Position numbers and translations under genes: made by a program. This document shows, one piece after another, positions 1 through 7,599 of a stretch of DNA of 64,000 bases. The DNA is from Candidatus Latescibacterota bacterium (GTDB taxonomy: Bacteria; Latescibacterota; UBA2968; GCA-2709665). The notes beneath the pieces were generated by a model, which saw only the letters and a program-made list of their open reading frames with translations, made no database searches and was not told the origin of the DNA. Every line of letters begins with the position of its first letter. Within the stretch, counting starts at the first letter, position 1. Where the stretch lies: the NCBI GenBank assembly GCA_965205485.1, contig OZ242180.1, forward strand, positions 1,184,001-1,248,000, read 5' to 3'.

Positions 1-2
1 TC

Positions 3-425
3 GCCCAGATCACCACCGCGCTGAAGTACCTGGACTTCGGGAAACACGTCGCCGTTCTCACCGACGCGCGTTTTTCGGGGTTTTCTACCGGAGCCTGCAT
101 CGGCCATATCGGACCTGAGGCGCTGGCCGGGGGCCCGATCGGCAAGCTGGCGGACGGTGACGTCGTGGAGATTGTGATCGACCGGAAGGCGCTTTCCGGC
201 AGCATCCATTTCGTCGGCGTGGGCGAGACGCGTTTCGGGCCGGAAGAGGGTCGCCGCATTCTGGCCGACAGGCCCACGCGGCCCGACCTGGCGCCCGATG
301 CGGACCTGCCCGACGATACCCGGCTGTGGGCGGCCCTTCAGAACGTTGGCGGTGGAACCTGGGGGGGATGCGTTTACGACGTGGACGCGATTGTTCAACG
401 GCTGAACGGCGGTACATCTCCGTGA
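3..425 (+). CDS. 3' part of YjhG/YagF-type (IlvD/Edd family) sugar-acid dehydratase, truncated by window start
   Basis: Frame from nt 3 reads ALKYLDFGKHVAVLTDARFSGFSTGACIGHIGPEALAGGPIGK...LPDDTRLWAALQNVGGGTWGGCVYD; TDARFSG and GPEA are IlvD-family motifs and the tail is YagF/YjhG-like. Confidence 0.85.
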   Translation, partial: AQITTALKYLDFGKHVAVLTDARFSGFSTGACIGHIGPEALAGGPIGKLADGDVVEIVIDRKALSGSIHFVGVGETRFGPEEGRRILADRPTRPDLAPDADLPDDTRLWAALQNVGGGTWGGCVYDVDAIVQRLNGGTSP

Positions 426-1186
426 GTCAACTCAACCGATCGACAACCGATGTCTGGCGCCGGCCGCCCGATCGTCCGGTGGCGTCGGACCACGAGATTC
501 AGGTCTGGCGAATGAATCTGGACCGTCCCGCATCGGAGGTCCAGGAGTTGCGGGCTGTGCTTTCCGAAGACGAAACCGCCCGCGCCGCCCGGTTCGTCTT
601 TGACAGACACCGGGCGCGTTTTGTTGCCGGCCGGGCGTCTCTCAGGAGAATTCTGGGGCAGTACGTTGGGCTCGCCCCCCGGCGGCTGGAGTTCGGCTAT
701 GGATGGCGGGGCAAACCTTACTTGAAAAAGGGTTCGGATGGGGACCGGCTGCGCTTCAACCTCTCCCACTCCGGCGAACTCGGTCTGCTCGCGGTGATCA
801 GAGCGAGGGAGATCGGTGTGGACGTGGAACGCATCCGGGAGGTGAAGGCGCACCTGCGGCTGGCGGGGCGCTATTTTGCACCGGGTGAAGTCGCCGCGAT
901 CCAGGCGCTGCCCGGGGAGGTCCACTACGAGGCGTTCTTCAACTGCTGGACCCGAAAGGAAGCGTATATCAAAGCGTTGGGAGCTGGACTGGCCTGCCCG
1001 CTGGACGGCTTCGAAGTCTCCCTGACTCCGGGAGCGCCCGCGGCGATGCTGCGCATCGACGACAATCCGGTGGCGGCGTCCGAATGGTTCATGCGCGCGC
1101 TGGCGCCCGGGCGCGGCTTTGTGGGGGCCGTGGCGCTGAAGGGAAGGGGATACAGGGTGACCTGCTGGGAGTGGCGGGACCGTTGA
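422..1186 (+). CDS. Sfp-type 4'-phosphopantetheinyl transferase
   Basis: GKPYL, FNLSHS, IGVDVE, FFNCWTRKEAYIKALG motifs; GTG at 422 overlaps the upstream stop. Confidence 0.9.
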   Translation: MSQLNRSTTDVWRRPPDRPVASDHEIQVWRMNLDRPASEVQELRAVLSEDETARAARFVFDRHRARFVAGRASLRRILGQYVGLAPRRLEFGYGWRGKPYLKKGSDGDRLRFNLSHSGELGLLAVIRAREIGVDVERIREVKAHLRLAGRYFAPGEVAAIQALPGEVHYEAFFNCWTRKEAYIKALGAGLACPLDGFEVSLTPGAPAAMLRIDDNPVAASEWFMRALAPGRGFVGAVALKGRGYRVTCWEWRDR

Positions 1187-1225
1187 ATCGGCCGGGACTC
1201 ACCCGGTCGTAGCAACGTGCCCGGT

Positions 1226-2236
1226 TTATCCCCCGGGAGCGGCGCCGGACTGCTCCCGGATATCTCTGTACGCTTCTGTCGCCGACTGGGGTTTCCCGTA
1301 GTCCGCGTCCCATTCGCGCTCTTCGGCGGGCATCTTGCCGATTGCGCGCGCCATCTGGCGGACGTGCGAACCCTCGCAGCCGCAGCAACCGCCGATAAAA
1401 TTCACGCCGAGGTCCAGCGCATTGCGGGCGAAATCGCCCATTTCATAGCGGCTGATCTTGAACGAATCGAGCCTGTCCGGAAAGCCTGGCTGGCCGGTGA
1501 AGAAGGGCACTTCGGGCGTGCATCGATAGGCGACCGGCTGGGCGGCCACGTGGCAGGTTACCGCCTCGCGCATCTGTTCGACGGCGGGGAGCATGAACGT
1601 GGGGTCCTGCCAGCAGTTGGCGCCCACGACGTCGGCGCCCGCGCCCTCCAGGATGCGCGCGGCCTCTCCCGGGGACTTTCCGTCCCGCGTCTCGGGGCCT
1701 TCGAATGCCATTGTGATCACCGCGGGAAGGCCGGTTTTTCGGGCGCATTCGAGGGCGATTAGGGCCTCGCCCACGTGGAGGAACGTCTCGCCGATGATGA
1801 AGTCGACGCCTTCGGCCATCTGGTAGCCGAGTTGGGCGTCAAACAGCCGCCGGCATTCGTCCTCGGATTCGGGGTACTTCCATGTTAGACAGATGTTCCC
1901 CGCGACCAGCGCCTTGCCGGCCGCGGCCTCGCGGGCGATTCTGACGGCCGCCCGGTTGATCTCTTCAAGGCGCCCGGCGTAGCCCGTCTGCGCCAGTTTG
2001 TTTTCGCTGGCGTAGAACGTGAGTACCTGCAACACTTCCGCGCCGGCGTGAACGAACTCCTCGTGCAGGGCCAGAAGCGCGTTGGGATTCTCGATCGTCA
2101 CTTCCGGCGTGAACGGACCGGCCTGAACGTAGCCCCGGTTCTCCAGGGCAAGCAGGTATCCCCCGTCCCCCAGCACCACCCCCTCATTCAGTCTTTCCAA
2201 TATCGATTTGGGCATTGGATTTTCTCCGTTTTTCAA
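1226..2236 (-). CDS. Homocysteine S-methyltransferase family protein, betaine-homocysteine methyltransferase-like
   Basis: LGDGG, GYVQAGPFTPEV (BHMT-like), GANC and GGCCG Zn-binding motifs. Confidence 0.85.
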   Translation of the reverse strand: MKNGENPMPKSILERLNEGVVLGDGGYLLALENRGYVQAGPFTPEVTIENPNALLALHEEFVHAGAEVLQVLTFYASENKLAQTGYAGRLEEINRAAVRIAREAAAGKALVAGNICLTWKYPESEDECRRLFDAQLGYQMAEGVDFIIGETFLHVGEALIALECARKTGLPAVITMAFEGPETRDGKSPGEAARILEGAGADVVGANCWQDPTFMLPAVEQMREAVTCHVAAQPVAYRCTPEVPFFTGQPGFPDRLDSFKISRYEMGDFARNALDLGVNFIGGCCGCEGSHVRQMARAIGKMPAEEREWDADYGKPQSATEAYRDIREQSGAAPGG

Positions 2237-2255
2237 AAAAGATAATCGGAAGACC

Positions 2256-2940
2256 GTGCGCCCGCAAGGGACGCCCGGGCAAATTTACATTCCCACGCAA
2301 TTATGCGGATGTCGAGGCAGGCGGGCGCCCACAAGGGGCGCCCCTACAAATTTACATTCCCAGGCGATTATGCGGATGACGAGACTGACGGGCACCCACA
2401 AGGGGTGCCCCTACAAATCTACATTCACAGGCGATTATGTGGATATAAAGCCAGGTGGGCGCCCACAAGGGACGCCCCTACAAACGCATATTCCAGGCAA
2501 TTATGCCGATGTCGAGACAGGCGGGCACCCATAAGGGGTGCCCCTATGATTGGGATAATTTCGCGCAGGAGGTCGGAAATTGAAACATACCTCCTAAATT
2601 CATCGGACTATAATCGGTGCGGCATGTTCCCCCAATTCGCATGCACCTCTGCTCCGTATTCATCCGCGACCGACCGTGATGGTGTAGGGGCACCCCTTGT
2701 GGGTGCCCTGGTTTTCGTTATAGCGACGATAGCGTCCTGGAAGGCCGGACGCCCACAAGGAACGCACCTACAATTTGAACAACTTCGCGCAGGTGGTCAG
2801 ACATTGCAACATATGTTCTCAATTCATCGGGAAAATATCGGTTCGGCATGTTTCACGAATTCCTATGTACCTCTCAACCGCATTCCCCCACGACCGCCCC
2901 TGACGTCGTATGGGCACCCCTTGTGGGTGCCCTGGTTTCT
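2256..2940. repeat. REP mosaic: four tandem ~67-bp units followed by two inverted REP doublets with 136-bp spacers
   Basis: GGGCRCCCACAAGGGGYGCCCCTAC at 2323, 2390, 2457, 2523 (degenerate at 2256 and ~2746); inverted GTAGGGGCACCCCTTGTGGGTGCCC at 2684 and 2908. Confidence 0.9.
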
Positions 2941-3002
2941 CTTTCAGCGACCATCGTTCATGCCGCTGGTACAACAAGACTCTGCCTTAAAAATGCCAAA
3001 AT

Positions 3003-3056
3003 GACGAATTACTCAATGCACTGAGTAAAAATACTCGATGTATTGAGTAAATCGTC
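3003..3056. other. 54-bp imperfect palindrome built from two TACTC...GAGTA sub-palindromes
   Basis: gacgaattactcaatgcactgagta-aaaa-tactcgatgtattgagtaaatcgtc. Confidence 0.6.
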
Positions 3057-3167
3057 GAGATGTTGTTGGTGTGCGTTTGTCGAATAGAGGAGAGAATTAG
3101 TGGACTACGTCGCGAATCCGTTGTGGTTTTCACACAGCTCCGCTTATGCTTCTCACAGAATCGAAGT

Positions 3168-3267
3168 TTGTTGGACAGCTGTGGCCAACAACACATTTTG
3201 ATGGCCACTTTTTATCAATAATGTCCAACAACTTCCGTTGTTGGACATAAGTGGCCGTCAAAACACC
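3168..3267. repeat. 100-bp structured direct repeat, copy 1 (overlaps fic stop)
   Basis: Ungapped manual alignment to 4480-4579 gives 79/100 identity; internal hairpin tgtccaacaac-ttcc-gttgttggaca. Confidence 0.85.
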
Positions 3268-4394
3268 TTTCTGCCTTCAGCGACGTTTATGAGTTCGGGA
3301 AATGCAAGAACAGCTGCCTGGCGGCCCCTTCCATGATGAAACACCTTCAGGACATCGCCTTCGCACAAGACATCCAGAATTCGCCGTGCAGTCCTGCCAG
3401 CAAACCCCGCGGACGCCGCAAAATCAGAACTGCGGAAAACCGGACGTTCAAAGATCCAGTCCAGCGCGTGCACCGCGTAGCGGGACTGGGTGAGGTCGGC
3501 CACGCGTCGCTTCATCTCTTCGTAGAGGTCGATAATGCCCTGTGCCTTTTTCAAGTTGTCCTGAGCCTGAAACTGGACTGCTTCGAGGAAAAACTGGCAC
3601 CATCCGGTCCAGTCGTCGTCACGCGAGACAGCAAGCAACCCGTCATAGTAAGCGTCACGATGGGTTTCGAAGTAAGCGCTGATGTAGAACATGGGAGATC
3701 TTATAAGGCCACGTTGCCACAGGAACAGCGGTACCAGCATTCGACCAAGACGGCCATTGCCATCCAGAAATGGGTGCAGGGCTTCGAATTCGGCGTGCAA
3801 AATAGCGAGTTGAACCAATTGGTCGGCCGCATCTATGTGGATGAAACGCTCCCACGCACTCATTGCCTCCGGTAGCTTGTCCGCTCCAATCGGCACAAAC
3901 TTGGCTTCATCCGGGAAGCATCCAGGAGGGCCGATCCAATTGGGAACGCGACGAAATTCGCCCGGAGACTTACCTTCTCCCCTTACCCCGTCCAATAGCT
4001 CCTTATGGGCTTCGCGAATTACTCGATTGGAAAGCGGCAATTTCACCAGCATTTCTTCCGCCCGCCGCATGGCGGTGCGATAATTGATTATTTCGTGAAT
4101 GTCCTCTCTGCGTGCGGGAGAATCCGGCTCCCGTCCGGCTTCAAACTCCAGTACCTCGCCCATCGTTGCCTGAGTACCCTCAATGCGCGAGGAGAGCACG
4201 GCTTCCTGGGTTGTCAGCGGCGCAAGCAAAATGCCGGTGTTAGGGATGGTGGCAAGTGTCCCGTCGTATCGTGCCACCGCCGCGGCGGCAGGGCCAATAA
4301 GTGGAATGAGTGCAGGCCAGTCGAGATTATCGGGAGGGAACCGGCCGGCGTGGTATTGGACAGGCGCCATTAACGTCTCCAAGCTCACATACAT
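3258..4394 (-). CDS. Fic/DOC family protein (N-terminal SSxIEG motif, C-terminal HTH-like region)
   Basis: HPFLDGNGRLGR Fic motif; EAVLSSRIEGTQAT inhibitory motif. Confidence 0.95.
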   Translation of the reverse strand: MYVSLETLMAPVQYHAGRFPPDNLDWPALIPLIGPAAAAVARYDGTLATIPNTGILLAPLTTQEAVLSSRIEGTQATMGEVLEFEAGREPDSPARREDIHEIINYRTAMRRAEEMLVKLPLSNRVIREAHKELLDGVRGEGKSPGEFRRVPNWIGPPGCFPDEAKFVPIGADKLPEAMSAWERFIHIDAADQLVQLAILHAEFEALHPFLDGNGRLGRMLVPLFLWQRGLIRSPMFYISAYFETHRDAYYDGLLAVSRDDDWTGWCQFFLEAVQFQAQDNLKKAQGIIDLYEEMKRRVADLTQSRYAVHALDWIFERPVFRSSDFAASAGFAGRTARRILDVLCEGDVLKVFHHGRGRQAAVLAFPELINVAEGRKVF

Positions 4395-4479
4395 GTTATG
4401 GCCGCAACCCTTGATGCAATGCTGCGGCTTTTATAAAAAAAACAGCCTTCTACATCCATACCTGCTGAAATCATGATCG

Positions 4480-4579
4480 TTGTCGGACGGCTGTGGCCAA
4501 CAACACAATTTGTTGGCCACTTTCCGATATTTTTGGCCAATAAACGCCGTTGTGGGACAAAAGTGGCCATCAAAATACC
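4480..4579. repeat. 100-bp structured direct repeat, copy 2, attached to a remnant Fic C-terminus
   Basis: Matches 3168-3267; minus strand 4570-4602 reads LSIAEVKRVF* versus LINVAEGRKVF* of fic. Confidence 0.8.
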
Positions 4580-4733
4580 CGTTTGACTTCCGCAATACTC
4601 AATCGGAACCGCTATTGCCAGCTCATCCTCGTTATTCTGAATGTCGCACAGATATTTGAGGCTTCAAGCCGCGTAGAGCGGTTTCCTGGTCTCGTCGACG
4701 CAGTCATTAAGGCACGCTCGGGAAATCCGAACA

Positions 4734-4976
4734 TCAATCCAGACCATCAGCAACCGCCACGTCGAGATCGCTCCAGTCCTCATTGCTGACGGACATGGCA
4801 CGGTAGGTTTCCTTCCAGGACAGTTTCTTGCGCGTAGTACCGGAAATGAAGACGCCTTGCTCCGTCTCTTCGAGGACGAGTGATTCGCCCCAGTCGTATT
4901 TCTCCAGAAGCGCGCTGGGAAGTCGAATGCCCCTGGCATTTCCGATTCGGATCAGTTTGACGTTCCACCTTGTAAG
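4734..4976 (-). pseudogene. AbrB/MazE-family antitoxin lacking an in-frame start codon; no cognate toxin adjacent
   Basis: Manual translation NVKLIRIGNARGIRLPSALLEKYDWGESLVLEETEQGVFIS...LSWKETYRAM...DWSDLDVAVADGLD*; absent from ORF track. Confidence 0.8.
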
Positions 4977-5069
4977 GTTGCGGATCTCCGTCGGATTGAT
5001 TCGGCTACAGAATTCATATAGTTACTTTACCGGAGGTTGTCAAGGATTCGTTGGCAGAATTAACCAAAC

Positions 5070-5094
5070 GGGCGCCCACAAGAGGCGCCCCTAC
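5070..5094. repeat. GTAG-type REP palindrome
   Basis: gggcgcccacaagaggcgcccctac. Confidence 0.85.
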
Positions 5095-5259
5095 ATCGAA
5101 ACTAAAAACGCGTATGTTGTTGGGAATCGCGTGAATCGTACGGAATACACGTTCAGAATCTTACAGTCCGAGTTCTACGCCAAATGCGTACATGCTTAGC
5201 CATGCTGCTTGCATCCGGTAGGGCGTTGAAATCCCCCCACCGCATCAGCCGTCGCCGGT

Positions 5260-5515
5260 CCCTTCGATAAACTCAGGGCAACGCCTTCGACCCTTCGACA
5301 GGCTCAGCGACCGCAGGCTCAGGCAGGTTATGGGTCTCCTGACAGCGACTTAACGACGTCCAATGAACCAAATAACGCGTGGTCATTGAGCATGCCTGCA
5401 TTGAGCTTGCCGAAATGCCCGCTATTCAACAGCCTTTCGACAGGCTCAGGGCAGCGCCTTCGACAAGCCTGAGGACCGGCTCGGCTTCTGCGACTCCCCC
5501 TCAAGGGGGGAGTGA
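5260..5515. repeat. Cluster of CTTCGACAGGCTCAG-type interspersed repeats plus a CTCCCCC-TCAA-GGGGGAG hairpin
   Basis: Several imperfect copies at 5260-5325 and 5435-5475; related copies at ~58320-58435. Confidence 0.65.
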
Positions 5516-5623
5516 TTCGGTCGTCAAACGGCCTTGCGTTAGCTTCCGCCTTTTTTGGCTGCTGCTGAACAATGCAAGGCCGCAATAGGACATATTCGCC
5601 GGAATTGCGATCGCCCATCGTTC

Positions 5624-5648
5624 GTAGGGGCACCCCTTGTGGGTGCCC
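5624..5648. repeat. GTAG-type REP palindrome (inverted orientation)
   Basis: gtaggggcaccccttgtgggtgccc followed by conserved tggtttctct. Confidence 0.9.
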
Positions 5649-5663
5649 TGGTTTCTCTCTCGC

Positions 5664-6083
5664 TCACTCGTGTTCCCACGGATTGATGACGCGGACGTCC
5701 AGGCCGCTGAAGTCGACGATGTTTCTGGTTACAACCGACAAATCATGTGCCCGCGCGGTTCCGGCGATGAGCGCATCCCCAAGATCCAGAGCCCGTCCGC
5801 CGCGATGCGCCTGCGATCGAAAGACAGCGGCCCACTCTGCCACTTCCCTGTCGACAGGTAGGACACGGTCCTGGTATTCGTTGACAATTCCAGACTGCGC
5901 GGCGCTCAACAGGTCGCGCCGTTGTCCGTCAGGCGACAGCTGCAAGCCGAACTCCAACTCATGCAAAACCACCGCGGACAGCCACAGGTCCTGATGCTCT
6001 GACAGGAATGCGATTACATTCGAGTTCGGCTCGGTCCGGGTCAGTTCCGACACGACGTTGGTATCCAGGAGAAACCCGTTCAC
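5664..6083 (-). CDS. vapC: PIN-domain VapC toxin
   Basis: FLLDTNVVSE, DALIAGTA, VVTRNIVDF, VINPW motifs. Confidence 0.93.
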   Translation of the reverse strand: MNGFLLDTNVVSELTRTEPNSNVIAFLSEHQDLWLSAVVLHELEFGLQLSPDGQRRDLLSAAQSGIVNEYQDRVLPVDREVAEWAAVFRSQAHRGGRALDLGDALIAGTARAHDLSVVTRNIVDFSGLDVRVINPWEHE

Positions 6084-6364
6084 CCGGCGCCTCCGTCGGC
6101 GAACGGGATCTCACGCCGGGACGCTCGATCGGCAGGAATGTCGAGATTCGTGCCGCGCGGCATCGTGTTGATCAACCACTGGCCGAGCGGCTTGCGCGGT
6201 GACGCCTGAGCCTTCCATATATGCTCGGGCACCACGACATATGCTTTCCGCACACCAATGCGCTGGGGACCTTCGTCTACGGAAAGGCGGAGGACTTCCG
6301 ACAGGCGCGCCTTGGCCTCCGCGACCGTCCAGACTCTGCCTGGCTTGTCATATTGTATGGACAT
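6080..6364 (-). CDS. Phd/YefM-type (prevent-host-death) antitoxin
   Basis: WTVAEAKARLSEVLR...EGPQRI; 4-nt overlap with vapC; GAGGA RBS before ATG 6364. Confidence 0.85.
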   Translation of the reverse strand: MSIQYDKPGRVWTVAEAKARLSEVLRLSVDEGPQRIGVRKAYVVVPEHIWKAQASPRKPLGQWLINTMPRGTNLDIPADRASRREIPFADGGAG

Positions 6365-6500
6365 TCTATCTCCTCTCGACTGATATAGTCCAATATAGTC
6401 TATATATATCCTAAAATCAAGGCGGTCTGTGCATGCGAACCACAAAAAAGCCGATCCTCAGTCAATGAGGACCGGCCATCCACGCAGGCGAAAACAGGCT

Positions 6501-6762
6501 GGGCGCCCACAAGGGGCGCCCCTACGAATGTATTATCCCAGGCAATCATTCGGATGTCGAGCCAGGCGGGCACCCACAAGGGGTGCCCCTACGATTGGGA
6601 TGATTTCGCGCAGGTGGTTGGAGTTTACAACATATGTCCTCAAATCATCGGATGATAATCTGTGTGGCATGTTCCCCGAATTCGCCTGTACCTCTCCTCC
6701 TCATTCATCCACGACCGACCGTGATGGTGTAGGGGCACCCCTTGTGGGTGCCCTGGTTTCTC
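6501..6762. repeat. Second REP mosaic: one 67-bp unit plus inverted doublet with 136-bp spacer
   Basis: REPs at 6501, 6568 and inverted at 6729; spacers homologous to those in 2281-2932. Confidence 0.9.
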
Positions 6763-6980
6763 TCCAGGTCACGGCGGTTCCCATGGACTGATGACGTCGA
6801 CGCCCCCGCTAAGGCGTCAATCCTGCGGATTTCCGTTCCACCGGATATTGGGATCCCATCGGATCTTGAGTGTGCAGGCGTCGAAGCTGTTTCGATCTTG
6901 AAACAAATAAAGATGCCTTGTTGTCTAAACTCACAGTAACCGTGGACTGAGATGGAAGCAGAAACCACAGGAGGCCGAAA

Positions 6981-7442
6981 ATGACCTATGCGGGATTCTG
7001 GAAGCGTTTTGCAGCAGCGATTGTCGATGTGCTGATTACCGGGACATTTGCCGGAATCTATGCGGCTTTGGGTTCGTTGTTCTATGACTTCAGTACGGGT
7101 ACTGCAGGTACATTTTTCGTAGGAGATGCATTTTATGCAACTGTGGTGATCGGGTTCGTGATCTGCTATCTCTCCATTGACTGGCTTTACTATGCCATTA
7201 TGGAGTCTTCCAGTCTCCAAGCCACGTTAGGCAAGTTGGCTCTCGGCATTGTAGTTACCGACCTCAAGGGAAACCGTATTTCGTTTGCGCGAGCTTCCGG
7301 TCGTCATTTTGCAAAGATGATCTCCAGAATGACTGCCTATATTGGTTATGTGATGGCGGCGTTTACTGAACGAAAGCAGACCCTTCATGATATGATGGCC
7401 GGTTGTATAATCTTGAATAAAGAAGATCGCGAGGAGGAATAG
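6981..7442 (+). CDS. RDD family membrane protein
   Basis: YAGFWKRFAAAIVD, QATLGKLALGIVV, KQTLHDMMAG; GGAGG RBS. Confidence 0.92.
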   Translation: MTYAGFWKRFAAAIVDVLITGTFAGIYAALGSLFYDFSTGTAGTFFVGDAFYATVVIGFVICYLSIDWLYYAIMESSSLQATLGKLALGIVVTDLKGNRISFARASGRHFAKMISRMTAYIGYVMAAFTERKQTLHDMMAGCIILNKEDREEE

Positions 7443-7468
7443 AACGAACCATCCGGGCAACACACATG

Positions 7469-7512
7469 TGACCCCCTGGGCGAACGATATCGCCCAGGGG
7501 GTCTGTCTTTTC
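7469..7512 (+). terminator. Intrinsic terminator-like hairpin
   Basis: gaccccctgggcga...tcgcccagggggtc followed by tgtcttttc. Confidence 0.65.
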
Positions 7513-7547
7513 CTGACAACGCGATCCCTGCGCGGCAATGGCAAAAC

Positions 7548-7572
7548 GTAAGGGCGCCCCTTGTGGGTGCCG
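7548..7572. repeat. Degenerate GTAG-type REP
   Basis: gtaagggcgccccttgtgggtgcc. Confidence 0.7.
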
Positions 7573-7599
7573 TGATTTGCGCCCGCCCGGTTTAGCCCG

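Noticed and set aside
422..1186. PPTase as marker of an NRPS/PKS cluster
   Set aside because: No carrier-protein or synthase genes in the window
2281..2547. CRISPR-like array (25-bp palindromic repeat, ~42-bp spacers)
   Set aside because: Spacers are homologous to each other, repeats also occur inverted and dispersed, and there are no cas genes; fits REP/BIME
2208..3004. ORFs 2208-2534, 2303-3004 and similar 6429-6791
   Set aside because: Translations of REP mosaics (GAPLVGAL, PTRGAPT), no protein-like features
3168..7572. Integron cassette array
   Set aside because: No integrase, genes in mixed orientation, and repeats lack clear RYYYAAC...GTTRRRY attC ends
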